NCBI GenBank assembly: GCA_014728035.1
Contig: WJMJ01000100.1
Location: 1 to 49,642 of the forward strand
From: Promethearchaeota archaeon
GTDB taxonomy: Archaea > Asgardarchaeota > Thorarchaeia > Thorarchaeales > Thorarchaeaceae
Length of the DNA stretch: 49,642 nt
Reading direction: 5' to 3'
In this document: one piece after another, positions 1 to 8,461 of the stretch
Layout of the letters: every line of letters starts with the position of its first letter
How positions within the stretch are numbered: the stretch's first letter is position 1
Translations under genes and position numbers: made by a program
Notes under the pieces: generated by a model
Told to the model about the DNA's origin: nothing
The model's input: only the letters and a program-made list of their open reading frames with translations
Database searches by the model: none

Positions 1-1
1 C

Positions 2-490
2 TTCAGAGTATATCCCATTGGTATTTTACACACTCCATTCAAAAGCAGCAAAGGAACTCCGATTCAGCCAGTTTTCTCGGATGAATTAGGAACTGCTACT
101 GTTTTTGATGATTTTATAGGGGGTCTCGAATCTCTCGATGGATTCTCTCATATCTATCTCTTTTACTTCTGTCATCGTGCTAAATCTTACTCGTTGAAAG
201 TAAAGCCATATCTTGATGACCGAGAGCATGGTGTCTTCTCAACAAGATCTCCTTCTCGTCCAAACCCGATTGGGTTTTCGTTGGTTGAAATGATTTCAAT
301 TGATGAGAACATCATTAGTTTTAGAGGGGCAGATATGTTGGATGAGACCCCATTATTGGATATCAAACCATACGTAACTCGTTTTGATCATCAAGAGGAG
401 GCCACAACTGGTTGGTTAGAAGAAGCTCTTAAAAAGCAAGGAAAAGAGAAACAGGCTGATTCCCGATTTGAAAAATCATCCACAGATTAG
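2..490 (+). CDS. tsaA: tRNA m6t6A37 methyltransferase TrmO/TsaA (5'-truncated by window edge)
   Basis: Frame is open from nt 2 (FRVYPIGILHTPFKSSKGTPIQP...). Contains the family motifs GVFSTRSPSRPNPIG and GADMLDETPLLDIKPY. Confidence 0.9.
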   Translation, partial: FRVYPIGILHTPFKSSKGTPIQPVFSDELGTATVFDDFIGGLESLDGFSHIYLFYFCHRAKSYSLKVKPYLDDREHGVFSTRSPSRPNPIGFSLVEMISIDENIISFRGADMLDETPLLDIKPYVTRFDHQEEATTGWLEEALKKQGKEKQADSRFEKSSTD

Positions 491-604
491 CATATTTGGA
501 TTTGATAGCATTTCATATTTCAGAAACTGCCCATATTGAAGTATATTGACAAGTCGAACTTGATACTAGTTTCAATCGAATGGTTTGGACAAAGTACTAG
601 ACAC

Positions 605-1651
605 CTAGATTATCGCACTTTCATTTTGACTCCCACTCATTTTGTACAATATCAGCAATAATACGAAATCCACAATACCTGTGACTAGATACAGGATGGG
701 ATACCCAAATAATACGCTCAAAGCAATAATTACTGATGAAACAATGATTCCTCCAAAGTAGAAAACTGTTAAGGACTTTGGCCATAAAACTCTTAGAATG
801 TACCATAGTGCGGAAATGATGAGTATACTTCCTATAATTACTGTAATCAATGTTTCAGATAGAAATACAAGATAAATTTGGGTCGCTATAAAACCAATGA
901 ATATGAGAAATCTTCCAAGTACAAATACAACAAAAAACAACATTAAATGTACTGGGTTTGAAATTTGTTTTGAATCCAACCATCCAGCTTCAATGCAGAA
1001 ATATACTGTAAGGATTCCAAACACAATCAAGCCTGTAGCTGAGTGAAGTCCTGATAGGGTTGATAGAATCAAAGAATAGTCTGGTATTTCATTGTACAGA
1101 AAACTAAGACTAATAGTAATTTGTAGGATCAATCTTGGTATTGCGAATAATATGATGGTTTTTGAAAATACTGATAAAAGGTTGCTATTCGCCCACTCTG
1201 ATTGAATTCTCAACATTCCTATACTGACTAAGAGAAGGAAGAGGAAATTCAATATCATCTTTACACTTACAGAAACAATCGTTACAGTGATTGGTACTGG
1301 GATTGAGAAAAGTGGTGCAATCAAAGATAGCACAATGATCAATCCACATAGGACCGCAGCTAAGAAAAAGAATCTCTCGCCATATTTTCGATATACTTGA
1401 TAGAATCCTAGAGCAATGATGGCATTGAAAGTCAAGTAAAGAGCATCAACAATATTGTTGAGGAGACTTGCATTTTCCAAGAATGCTATTATCAAGTAAT
1501 ATGAGATTGAACCTGGGCCAAATAGAGTAAGTAGGACTGCTAGAAAGGAAACCAAAGCTCCCAAGGGAATCAGGATATTGTTCATACTACTATTTACTTG
1601 TTCATCAGTATCAATTGACATCATCTTTCCTCCAGTGTGTACTTCACTCAA
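605..1651 (-). CDS. multi-pass membrane protein, unknown function
   Basis: 348-aa ORF with about 9-10 hydrophobic segments and no recognised motif. Confidence 0.7.
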   Translation of the reverse strand: MSEVHTGGKMMSIDTDEQVNSSMNNILIPLGALVSFLAVLLTLFGPGSISYYLIIAFLENASLLNNIVDALYLTFNAIIALGFYQVYRKYGERFFFLAAVLCGLIIVLSLIAPLFSIPVPITVTIVSVSVKMILNFLFLLLVSIGMLRIQSEWANSNLLSVFSKTIILFAIPRLILQITISLSFLYNEIPDYSLILSTLSGLHSATGLIVFGILTVYFCIEAGWLDSKQISNPVHLMLFFVVFVLGRFLIFIGFIATQIYLVFLSETLITVIIGSILIISALWYILRVLWPKSLTVFYFGGIIVSSVIIALSVLFGYPILYLVTGIVDFVLLLILYKMSGSQNESAII

Positions 1652-1684
1652 GTTTCGAACGTTGATAAAGTCTTTCCTACTTTT

Positions 1685-2764
1685 TCATTTGCAGAAATAG
1701 TCTGTATACATACTTGACATTTTTTCAGAAGACGTAATTGATCCTTTACTCTTAAGAAAATCTAGCAGTTCCCTATCTGGCATTCCCCAGTCTTTTCTTG
1801 GATATGTGGAAATTAGAAATGACGGATTTCTAGACACATCATAAATAGATGTCCATATTTTCTCTGATGCGTTAGGGGTTCCATTTGAGCTCGCATGATG
1901 AGAGACCTTCAATACATCAAAAGGTCGAAGAACATCTTCCTGGGACATTATCTTCCAACTCTCAATTTCTGCGTCTCCTGGTAATAATATTCGTTTATCT
2001 TCCCAACCAAGTTCCAGAACCAAGCTTGTACTATTATCCAAACTTCTCTCCTGTAATAGCAAATCCTTGAGACCGTGTCTAGAACTGATTCTTTCCTTGA
2101 TTTTTTCAAGTATCAGGCCTCTTCCAATTTTCTTAGTTGACTCCTTTACTTTGCTAAATATTCTTTCAACATAACGGTCTATATCTTTCTCCGGTGCCAG
2201 TACTTCTATTGATGCTCCAGTACCTCTAAGAAACATTCCAAGAACTTGTCTAGCTCCCCTAGTTAGATAGCGAACTCGCTTTCCTAATTGACTACAAATC
2301 TGGTCGATCATCTCACTAGAATTCGCTCTATTTTGTACTAGCTCTTCCTCTTCTTCTGATGGTTTTCTATCCTCTATAAGGTCTGAAATCAAGCTTCTTA
2401 CGGGTCCCTCTGAAGTGCCTAATCGACTACTACTCATACTCCAGAGATGTTTGGTGGTAAGAAAAGCAGTAACCCTCTCATCTAATTCATCTAGCAAATA
2501 GTGGAGTCCTTTCAGATGATCAAGATGTCCATGCGTTAGAATAACAGATATCGGTTCATCCCCTATAGTTTCGAGAATATCCTGTCCTATTGCCAATAAA
2601 TCATCTTTGTTTTTTCCTCTTGTACTACCAAAATCAATAAGCACATGCTTAGTTTCAGTACGTGCTGGAATAGAAACCAAAAAACAGTCACCAAGTCCTA
2701 CATTATACATTCGAATTCTTAGAGGGGAACTCACTTGCAAACACTCCAAACAATGTTTGAACAA
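1685..2764 (-). CDS. MBL-fold metallo-hydrolase (ComEC/Rec2-type catalytic domain, no membrane part)
   Basis: Motifs YNVGLGDCFL, LIDFG, THGHLDH (HxHxDH), NSTSLVL, LLPGDAE and KVSHHAS. True start may be about 10 codons downstream. Confidence 0.85.
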   Translation of the reverse strand: MFKHCLECLQVSSPLRIRMYNVGLGDCFLVSIPARTETKHVLIDFGSTRGKNKDDLLAIGQDILETIGDEPISVILTHGHLDHLKGLHYLLDELDERVTAFLTTKHLWSMSSSRLGTSEGPVRSLISDLIEDRKPSEEEEELVQNRANSSEMIDQICSQLGKRVRYLTRGARQVLGMFLRGTGASIEVLAPEKDIDRYVERIFSKVKESTKKIGRGLILEKIKERISSRHGLKDLLLQERSLDNSTSLVLELGWEDKRILLPGDAEIESWKIMSQEDVLRPFDVLKVSHHASSNGTPNASEKIWTSIYDVSRNPSFLISTYPRKDWGMPDRELLDFLKSKGSITSSEKMSSMYTDYFCK

Positions 2765-2947
2765 TGCAATATCTTAAATTGAATGTATTGCGCTCGGATG
2801 GTGAGGATGGAACTAAGTTGCAACAAGAGGATTTTCCACTCATTGAACACTGGGAAATGCTTTTATGCCACCTTAAGGTTCGACGCCGCTAGCAGACAGA
2901 TGCCCTATGAGTAGTCCGTCTTCAAACAATTAGAGAGTGACACTGGA

Positions 2948-4849
2948 ATGAGCAATACAAACAGGTTCATCGCAATGCTATTTGTGGCCCTAGTAGTAGC
3001 AAGTGCATCTACTCCAATAGCGATGCAAACACTACCGACTACTGAGGTTTCGATACAGACATCAATTCATACCGTAGCAGCCACAAACTTGCAGGTAACC
3101 AATCTCACGACAAACAATGATGATGATTTTGACAATGATGATTTTATTTTCGAGGTATACAATTATAGCAATATTATCTCTGGTGCAAATGTGACACTCT
3201 ATAATTCAACTGACTTATCGTTGGAGGCTACAGCCCTAACGAACTTTCAAGGAATAGCTGTGTTCACTGATGTTCCTGTTGGTATATACAAATGGAATGT
3301 AACATGGTCCCTTGCTCCAAACGAATACGAAACCGGTATTCAAGAGTCAGATGGTCCAGAAGCAAACGTAACATATGATTTTGGAAATCTAGACAAAGAA
3401 AATGATGACGATGACCTTAACATCACGGTAACGGATATTGACGGTGACTATGCCCAAGGCTTGAATTTTTCAATCCATGATGCAGATGATAATACTATCT
3501 ATAATCAATGGATATTGTCTAGCAATGGAAGTGTATTTGTCGAAGACATTCCTGAAAATAACTACACAATGAAAATCACGATTGAATCTGGTTTTTATGC
3601 GAATACAATTCTCTATGAGATGAATTTCACTGCAGATGGAACAAGTATTGAAGTTCACGACATCTATGGTCAGCTGGGCGGAAACGAGTTCTTAAACGAT
3701 CTAGAGATCTTTGTGTATTTTGTTGGAAGTGTCGATGCAGTAGAAGGAGCATTGGTCAATGTTACTTTCAAAAATGGCACTGAAATTGTAAGCAAAACAA
3801 CTAGCACAAACGGAACAGTGCGATTTCTCGATTTGCCTAGTGCGTTCATTAATTGGACTGTATTTTACAGCGGCGATTTTATTGAAATAGTTGATCCATG
3901 GGTGGACTTCTCATCTCCAGACTACGACTTGGTTACACCTCTAGTTGAGAGTCCTGCTGTAGTTGAATATCTCGTAGATAGCCCTAATATGACTCTAACT
4001 TGGCATTTGGAAGATGTCTTTCCATTTAGAGTTCAGCTAGTCATTGATGGTAATCCACAAGGGTTTGAAACATGGAATGAAACAGTCTTTGACTATGTGT
4101 ATAACGCAACTGGGTACGACTTGGGTAATTACACATTCAAACTGATTGCTCAGGATCAATATATGCACAGCAATAGTAGTACCACGATTCTTCGTGTCTA
4201 TGAAGATGTTAACCCAGTAGTTGAAGGTCCTGATGACATTGAGTTTCTTTTCTCTGAAACCGGTAATAAGATTCGCTGGAACATCACAGAAGATAATCCT
4301 TCCAAATATACTGTTACTAAAGATGGAGAAGAAATAGATTCTGGAGAGGTAGATATCGCCAATCCATTTGTTATAGTGACTCTTGAAAATCTAGCTGTTG
4401 GGCAACATGTCTATCAAATAACAGTCAATGATACAAGTGGAAATGAAGCATCAGATAGTGTTACAGTGACAGTGTTACAAGACACCACTATTCCAGTGCT
4501 TGTTTACACCCCCGAAACTGTATCCTATGCTCTAGGTGAAGATGATGTTATCCGCAACTGGACAGTTACTGATGACTTCAAAGATTACTATGAAATCTAT
4601 GTTGATACAATTCTAATTGAGACTAACGATTGGACTTCAGATAGAATTGAATTCGACTTTGCAGGAATGGCACAAGGCAACCATACAGTACGTCTATCAG
4701 TTTATGATCTTGGAGGAAATAGCCTTACTGTTTATGTAGATGTCATTGTTACAGAGCCTGTTGGCACACAATTCCTTCTTGCTTTTGGAGCATTAGGTAT
4801 TGTCTGTGTTGTAGCTGTTGTTCTCTTGACTTATTGGAAACAGAGATAA
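2948..4849 (+). CDS. cell-surface glycoprotein with Asp-rich N-terminal repeats, Ig-like repeats and C-terminal TM anchor
   Basis: N-terminal signal peptide, many N-x-S/T sequons, repeated 'P.V..P....G...I.W...D....Y....DG...G.....D..GN' units, and a C-terminal hydrophobic helix followed by WKQR. Confidence 0.8.
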   Translation: MSNTNRFIAMLFVALVVASASTPIAMQTLPTTEVSIQTSIHTVAATNLQVTNLTTNNDDDFDNDDFIFEVYNYSNIISGANVTLYNSTDLSLEATALTNFQGIAVFTDVPVGIYKWNVTWSLAPNEYETGIQESDGPEANVTYDFGNLDKENDDDDLNITVTDIDGDYAQGLNFSIHDADDNTIYNQWILSSNGSVFVEDIPENNYTMKITIESGFYANTILYEMNFTADGTSIEVHDIYGQLGGNEFLNDLEIFVYFVGSVDAVEGALVNVTFKNGTEIVSKTTSTNGTVRFLDLPSAFINWTVFYSGDFIEIVDPWVDFSSPDYDLVTPLVESPAVVEYLVDSPNMTLTWHLEDVFPFRVQLVIDGNPQGFETWNETVFDYVYNATGYDLGNYTFKLIAQDQYMHSNSSTTILRVYEDVNPVVEGPDDIEFLFSETGNKIRWNITEDNPSKYTVTKDGEEIDSGEVDIANPFVIVTLENLAVGQHVYQITVNDTSGNEASDSVTVTVLQDTTIPVLVYTPETVSYALGEDDVIRNWTVTDDFKDYYEIYVDTILIETNDWTSDRIEFDFAGMAQGNHTVRLSVYDLGGNSLTVYVDVIVTEPVGTQFLLAFGALGIVCVVAVVLLTYWKQR

Positions 4850-4852
4850 TTT

Positions 4853-4885
4853 GGATTGACGGTCTTCCGGGGCCGTCATCCTTTT
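4853..4885 (+). terminator. stem-loop + T-run downstream of surface protein gene
   Basis: TGACGGTC (4857-4864) pairs with GGCCGTCA (4871-4878) with one G.U pair, followed by TTTT. Confidence 0.55.
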
Positions 4886-4909
4886 AACCTTCTCATTTTT
4901 TTGGGATAT

Positions 4910-4937
4910 AGTCTGACCAAAATTAAAAGGTCAGACT
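4910..4937. promoter_or_regulatory. perfect 9-bp inverted repeat bracketing a TATA-like tract upstream of asnS
   Basis: AGTCTGACC-AAAATTAAAA-GGTCAGACT. GGTGA RBS-like sequence at 4941-4945, ATG at 4952. Confidence 0.5.
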
Positions 4938-4951
4938 CAAGGTGATTATCA

Positions 4952-6247
4952 ATGGGATATGTCTACATACGTGATGTCCTTGATGGAGGATATACAGGTA
5001 AACAAGTCCACCTTCGCGGTTGGGTCTATCGGATCCGTAAGCAGAAGAAGATGGTTTTTGTTATGCTTCGAGACCCATCAGGAGTCATCCAGACTGTAAT
5101 AAAGCAAAAGACAGTCAGTGAGGAACAATTCGCTGATGCTCAGAAAATGCTAATCGAATCCCTTGTCACCATTTCAGGCACTGTTAAGAAAGATGACCGT
5201 GCTGATGGTGGCTTTGAGATTCAAGTCAGCAATCTAAATGTACTACACTTTGCTGAAGAATTTCCGATTACTGAGAATCAAAGCGTTGAATTCCTGAACG
5301 ACACTCGTCATCTTTGGATGAGATCCCGAAAAATAACTAATATCCTCAAAATTCGTGATGAGGTCTTTCGTTCTGCAAGAGAGTATTTGAGATCAAAGGG
5401 ATTCTATGAAACCACCTCACCAATGTTCGTATCAACAATTGGAGAGGAAGGTGCTGCTCTTTTCGAGGTAGAATACTTCGGAAAGAAAATTTATTTGACT
5501 CAAACCAGCCAAATGCATTTAGAACCACAGCTATTTGCAATGGAAAAAGTCTTCACACTTGCACCGTCATTCAGAGCTGAAAAATCTAGAACTAGAAAGC
5601 ATGTAACTGAGTTCTGGCATCTTGAAGCTGAAGAAGCTTGGTGTGACCACGAATGTAATATTAGACGTCAAGAGGAGCTTATTTCTCACATGTGCCATTC
5701 TGTTGCAAAATCTCGACGAAATGAACTTGCTGAGCTTCAGATTGACCCAGAACGATTGCTTAAGATAAAAACCCCCTTTGACAGGATGACATATACTGAA
5801 GCTATCGACTTCTGTAAAAATGAAGGTCTGTCAATTGAATGGGGCGAAGATATCCGCACTGAAGCTGAGGAATTACTTACTAAGGATAGAGATACTTTTC
5901 TCTTTATCGAATATTATCCTAAGGAAATAAAGAGCTTCTATATGAAAAATAATGAAGATGATCCTCGTACATTCAGATGCGATGACTTACTTGCCCCAGA
6001 AGGATTTGGAGAAATAATTGGCGGTAGTCAAAGAGAAGATGATGTTGGTCTGTTATTGGACAATATTAGAAGAAGTGGTGATGACCCTGAGAAATACGAG
6101 TGGTATCTGGACATTCGTCGTTACGGAAGTGTCGAACACTCCGGTTTTGGTGTAGGTATGGACCGTCTCATTACTTGGATGCTTAATCTAGAGCATATAC
6201 GAGATAGTATTCCATTCCCTAGAACTGTGTCACGGGTTTATCCTTAA
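4952..6247 (+). CDS. asnS: asparagine--tRNA ligase
   Basis: N-terminal OB fold (LRGWVYRIR), motif 2 FRAEKSRTRKHVTEFW, GEIIGGSQRE and WYLDIRRYGSVEHSGFGVGMDR. Confidence 0.93.
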   Translation: MGYVYIRDVLDGGYTGKQVHLRGWVYRIRKQKKMVFVMLRDPSGVIQTVIKQKTVSEEQFADAQKMLIESLVTISGTVKKDDRADGGFEIQVSNLNVLHFAEEFPITENQSVEFLNDTRHLWMRSRKITNILKIRDEVFRSAREYLRSKGFYETTSPMFVSTIGEEGAALFEVEYFGKKIYLTQTSQMHLEPQLFAMEKVFTLAPSFRAEKSRTRKHVTEFWHLEAEEAWCDHECNIRRQEELISHMCHSVAKSRRNELAELQIDPERLLKIKTPFDRMTYTEAIDFCKNEGLSIEWGEDIRTEAEELLTKDRDTFLFIEYYPKEIKSFYMKNNEDDPRTFRCDDLLAPEGFGEIIGGSQREDDVGLLLDNIRRSGDDPEKYEWYLDIRRYGSVEHSGFGVGMDRLITWMLNLEHIRDSIPFPRTVSRVYP

Positions 6248-6254
6248 CTGCGTT

Positions 6255-6285
6255 GAGATCCTATATTGGATCTCTCTGTTTTTTT
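6255..6285 (+). terminator. stem-loop + T-run after asnS
   Basis: GAGATCC-TATATT-GGATCTC followed by TCTGTTTTTTT. Confidence 0.55.
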
Positions 6286-6331
6286 ACCAAACATTGATTA
6301 AGCAATAATGAGATATTTAATATAGTTAAGA

Positions 6332-7273
6332 GTGAGCATATTGCAGTTAGATTTTATATTGGACTTTTTCGACACTATTGGATTCTATTCTGAGCAGATT
6401 TTTCCGTTCGTTATTTTGGCTATTGAATTAATAATTCTACTAGTGATTTATGCAGTTTCCACAAGAGGTTTACGAAACCGTCTGAAAAATGCTAACTTGT
6501 CAAGTGAAACTATCACTGGCATAGTACTTATTGTTCGGATTCTGTTTTTTATTATTGCAGTCATATTGATTGTAAATTCATTTGGACCTGATGTAGCAGC
6601 ATTAGTTTCACTATCAACTTTGTTTGGTACCGCACTTGGTCTAGCTTTTTCTCAAGCGGTAAGTGGAATAGTCAATGGGTTATACATTCTAGTAGCTAGA
6701 CCATTTAGAGTAGGAGATTATGTTAGAATTGGTAAGAAGGAAGGCATTGTAACAGACATCACGTTAAACTATACGCAAATTCTCCAACCTGATGAAACCA
6801 GACTTAGAATTCCAAATACGAGCATTTTGGAAAGTGAGGTGACAAACTTTCGTGTGAATATATCTGAGATCATCGATGAAGTATCAAAAGAACAGCATGA
6901 AACATCTGATTATACATTGCGAACTCACCTGGCAAGTGCTATTCATAGATTGAAATTGTTTGCTACTTCTGATCATGCATATCGGTATACATTTGACATA
7001 ATCTTGCATTACTCATTTGATCACTTAAGAGCAAGGCGACATTTCAATAGAATCTTAGAAGCTTGGACGAATGTGTTTGTAAAAATACCATCCTACCAAG
7101 TCTGGGCATCAGAGGTACAGGGCATTCATTATCGTTTCACAATCGTAGTGACTGAAGCAAGAGAGCTTATTGAGCATGTTGCAGATTTTATGGATCAGCT
7201 GCTTCTATTCTATTCTGAAGATGATGATGTTCATACAAGAGAAGAGATTGATAAGAAAGGATATCATAGCTAG
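6332..7273 (+). CDS. MscS-family mechanosensitive channel
   Basis: Three TM helices, then GLAFSQAVSGIVNGLYILVARPFRVGDYVRIG...GIVTDITLNYT...IPN. Confidence 0.88.
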   Translation: MSILQLDFILDFFDTIGFYSEQIFPFVILAIELIILLVIYAVSTRGLRNRLKNANLSSETITGIVLIVRILFFIIAVILIVNSFGPDVAALVSLSTLFGTALGLAFSQAVSGIVNGLYILVARPFRVGDYVRIGKKEGIVTDITLNYTQILQPDETRLRIPNTSILESEVTNFRVNISEIIDEVSKEQHETSDYTLRTHLASAIHRLKLFATSDHAYRYTFDIILHYSFDHLRARRHFNRILEAWTNVFVKIPSYQVWASEVQGIHYRFTIVVTEARELIEHVADFMDQLLLFYSEDDDVHTREEIDKKGYHS

Positions 7274-7304
7274 ACCTTTAGATTCTGATCTCAGCTAGTG
7301 AAGT

Positions 7305-7538
7305 TCACTCTCTAGCTTCTTCCTTCTTTTTCATCATCAGTTCCATCTGTTGCTTCTTTACAAGTCGCCAAGAAAATATCAAAGCAACGAAACCGATAAT
7401 TGCAACTGCTAACCAAATTGGACTCTTTAGTGGATGATCTAACCATTCTGTAAGAATGAAAATATTTAGAGAACTGAAAAATATTGCAAATGCTACTATT
7501 GTATAGTAATAAGATGAGGGCATACTCAATTGGCTCAT
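7305..7538 (-). CDS. small two-TM membrane protein, last gene of ABC operon
   Basis: 77 aa with two hydrophobic helices and a charged C-tail. Same strand as, and 44 nt downstream of, the ABC ATPase. Confidence 0.65.
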   Translation of the reverse strand: MSQLSMPSSYYYTIVAFAIFFSSLNIFILTEWLDHPLKSPIWLAVAIIGFVALIFSWRLVKKQQMELMMKKKEEARE

Positions 7539-7582
7539 GCAATCACAATCCTTCTTGATTACACATTTGATTTATTCCTTTG

Positions 7583-8458
7583 CTATGGTTCATTTTCATA
7601 GTCGTCTTCATTTAGAGGAGTAACTAAAATCCCTTCGTCAGTAACTTTGAGAACTACTCTCTTTCCGATTTTTGCAAGACTTCTTACAGCTTCAGGAATT
7701 ACCATCCGACCCTTTGCATCGATTTCAGTCACATCTCCATAAATGGCATGCTTTTGTCCCTCAATTAACCCATCTCGGATGTGCAATACTCTGTCTGCAT
7801 ATTCAGCAATTCTTGGGTTATGGGTAACGTTTACAACTGTTGTTTGAGTTTCTTCGTTCATCTTTCTTAGCATTACCATAACAACTTCTGCGGTTTCTGT
7901 ATCCAGTTCACCTGTGATTTCGTCAGCAAGAAGCAACTCGGGTTTATTCGCAAGTGCAACACAAATTGCGGTTCTTTGATTTTCACCACCAGACATCTGA
8001 TTTGGCTTATGCTCTATCCTGTGACTCATTTCAACCATCTCAAGTAGTTTACGAGCTCGTTTTTCAGACTCTTCTTTTGATACACCTGCAAGTCGCATCG
8101 GTAGAATGACATTCTTAAGAGCGGAGAGTTCTGGTACAAGATTTCCGTACTGCCATACAAAGCCCACTTTTTGGCGTCGATAAAGCATTGATCTGTGATC
8201 ATCAAGCAGAGTCACATTATGACCATCAAACAGAATCATACCCGCGGTTGGTTTATCCAGAGCTCCTAACATCTTCAAGAGAGTTGATTTTCCTGAACCT
8301 GAAGGTCCAACAATTGAAAGAAACTCTCCCTGTTTAACCTCAAAATCCATACCACGTAATGCAATGACTTCTTTTCTTCCTCTTTTGTAGACCTTGGTTA
8401 GGTCTCGAACAACAATCTTGTTCCCCTTGACAATTTCTTCAATGTCCTCTCTCATCAC
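7583..8458 (-). CDS. ABC ATPase (LolD/MacB type) with C-terminal AbrB/MraZ-like domain
   Basis: Walker A GPSGSGKS, signature MSGGENQR, Walker B LLLADE, H-loop VTHN. Tail EIDAKGRMVIPEAVR...VVLKVTDEGILVTP. Confidence 0.9.
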   Translation of the reverse strand: MMREDIEEIVKGNKIVVRDLTKVYKRGRKEVIALRGMDFEVKQGEFLSIVGPSGSGKSTLLKMLGALDKPTAGMILFDGHNVTLLDDHRSMLYRRQKVGFVWQYGNLVPELSALKNVILPMRLAGVSKEESEKRARKLLEMVEMSHRIEHKPNQMSGGENQRTAICVALANKPELLLADEITGELDTETAEVVMVMLRKMNEETQTTVVNVTHNPRIAEYADRVLHIRDGLIEGQKHAIYGDVTEIDAKGRMVIPEAVRSLAKIGKRVVLKVTDEGILVTPLNEDDYENEP

Positions 8459-8461
8459 ATA

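Noticed and set aside
2877-2884. GGTTCGAC resembling a tRNA T-loop (similar CTTCGAC near 39870)
   Set aside because: No T-stem, acceptor stem or cloverleaf can be folded around it.
7312-7542. Alternative minus-strand 76-aa ORF overlapping 7305..7538
   Set aside because: The other frame gives a coherent two-TM protein; this one looks like random translation.
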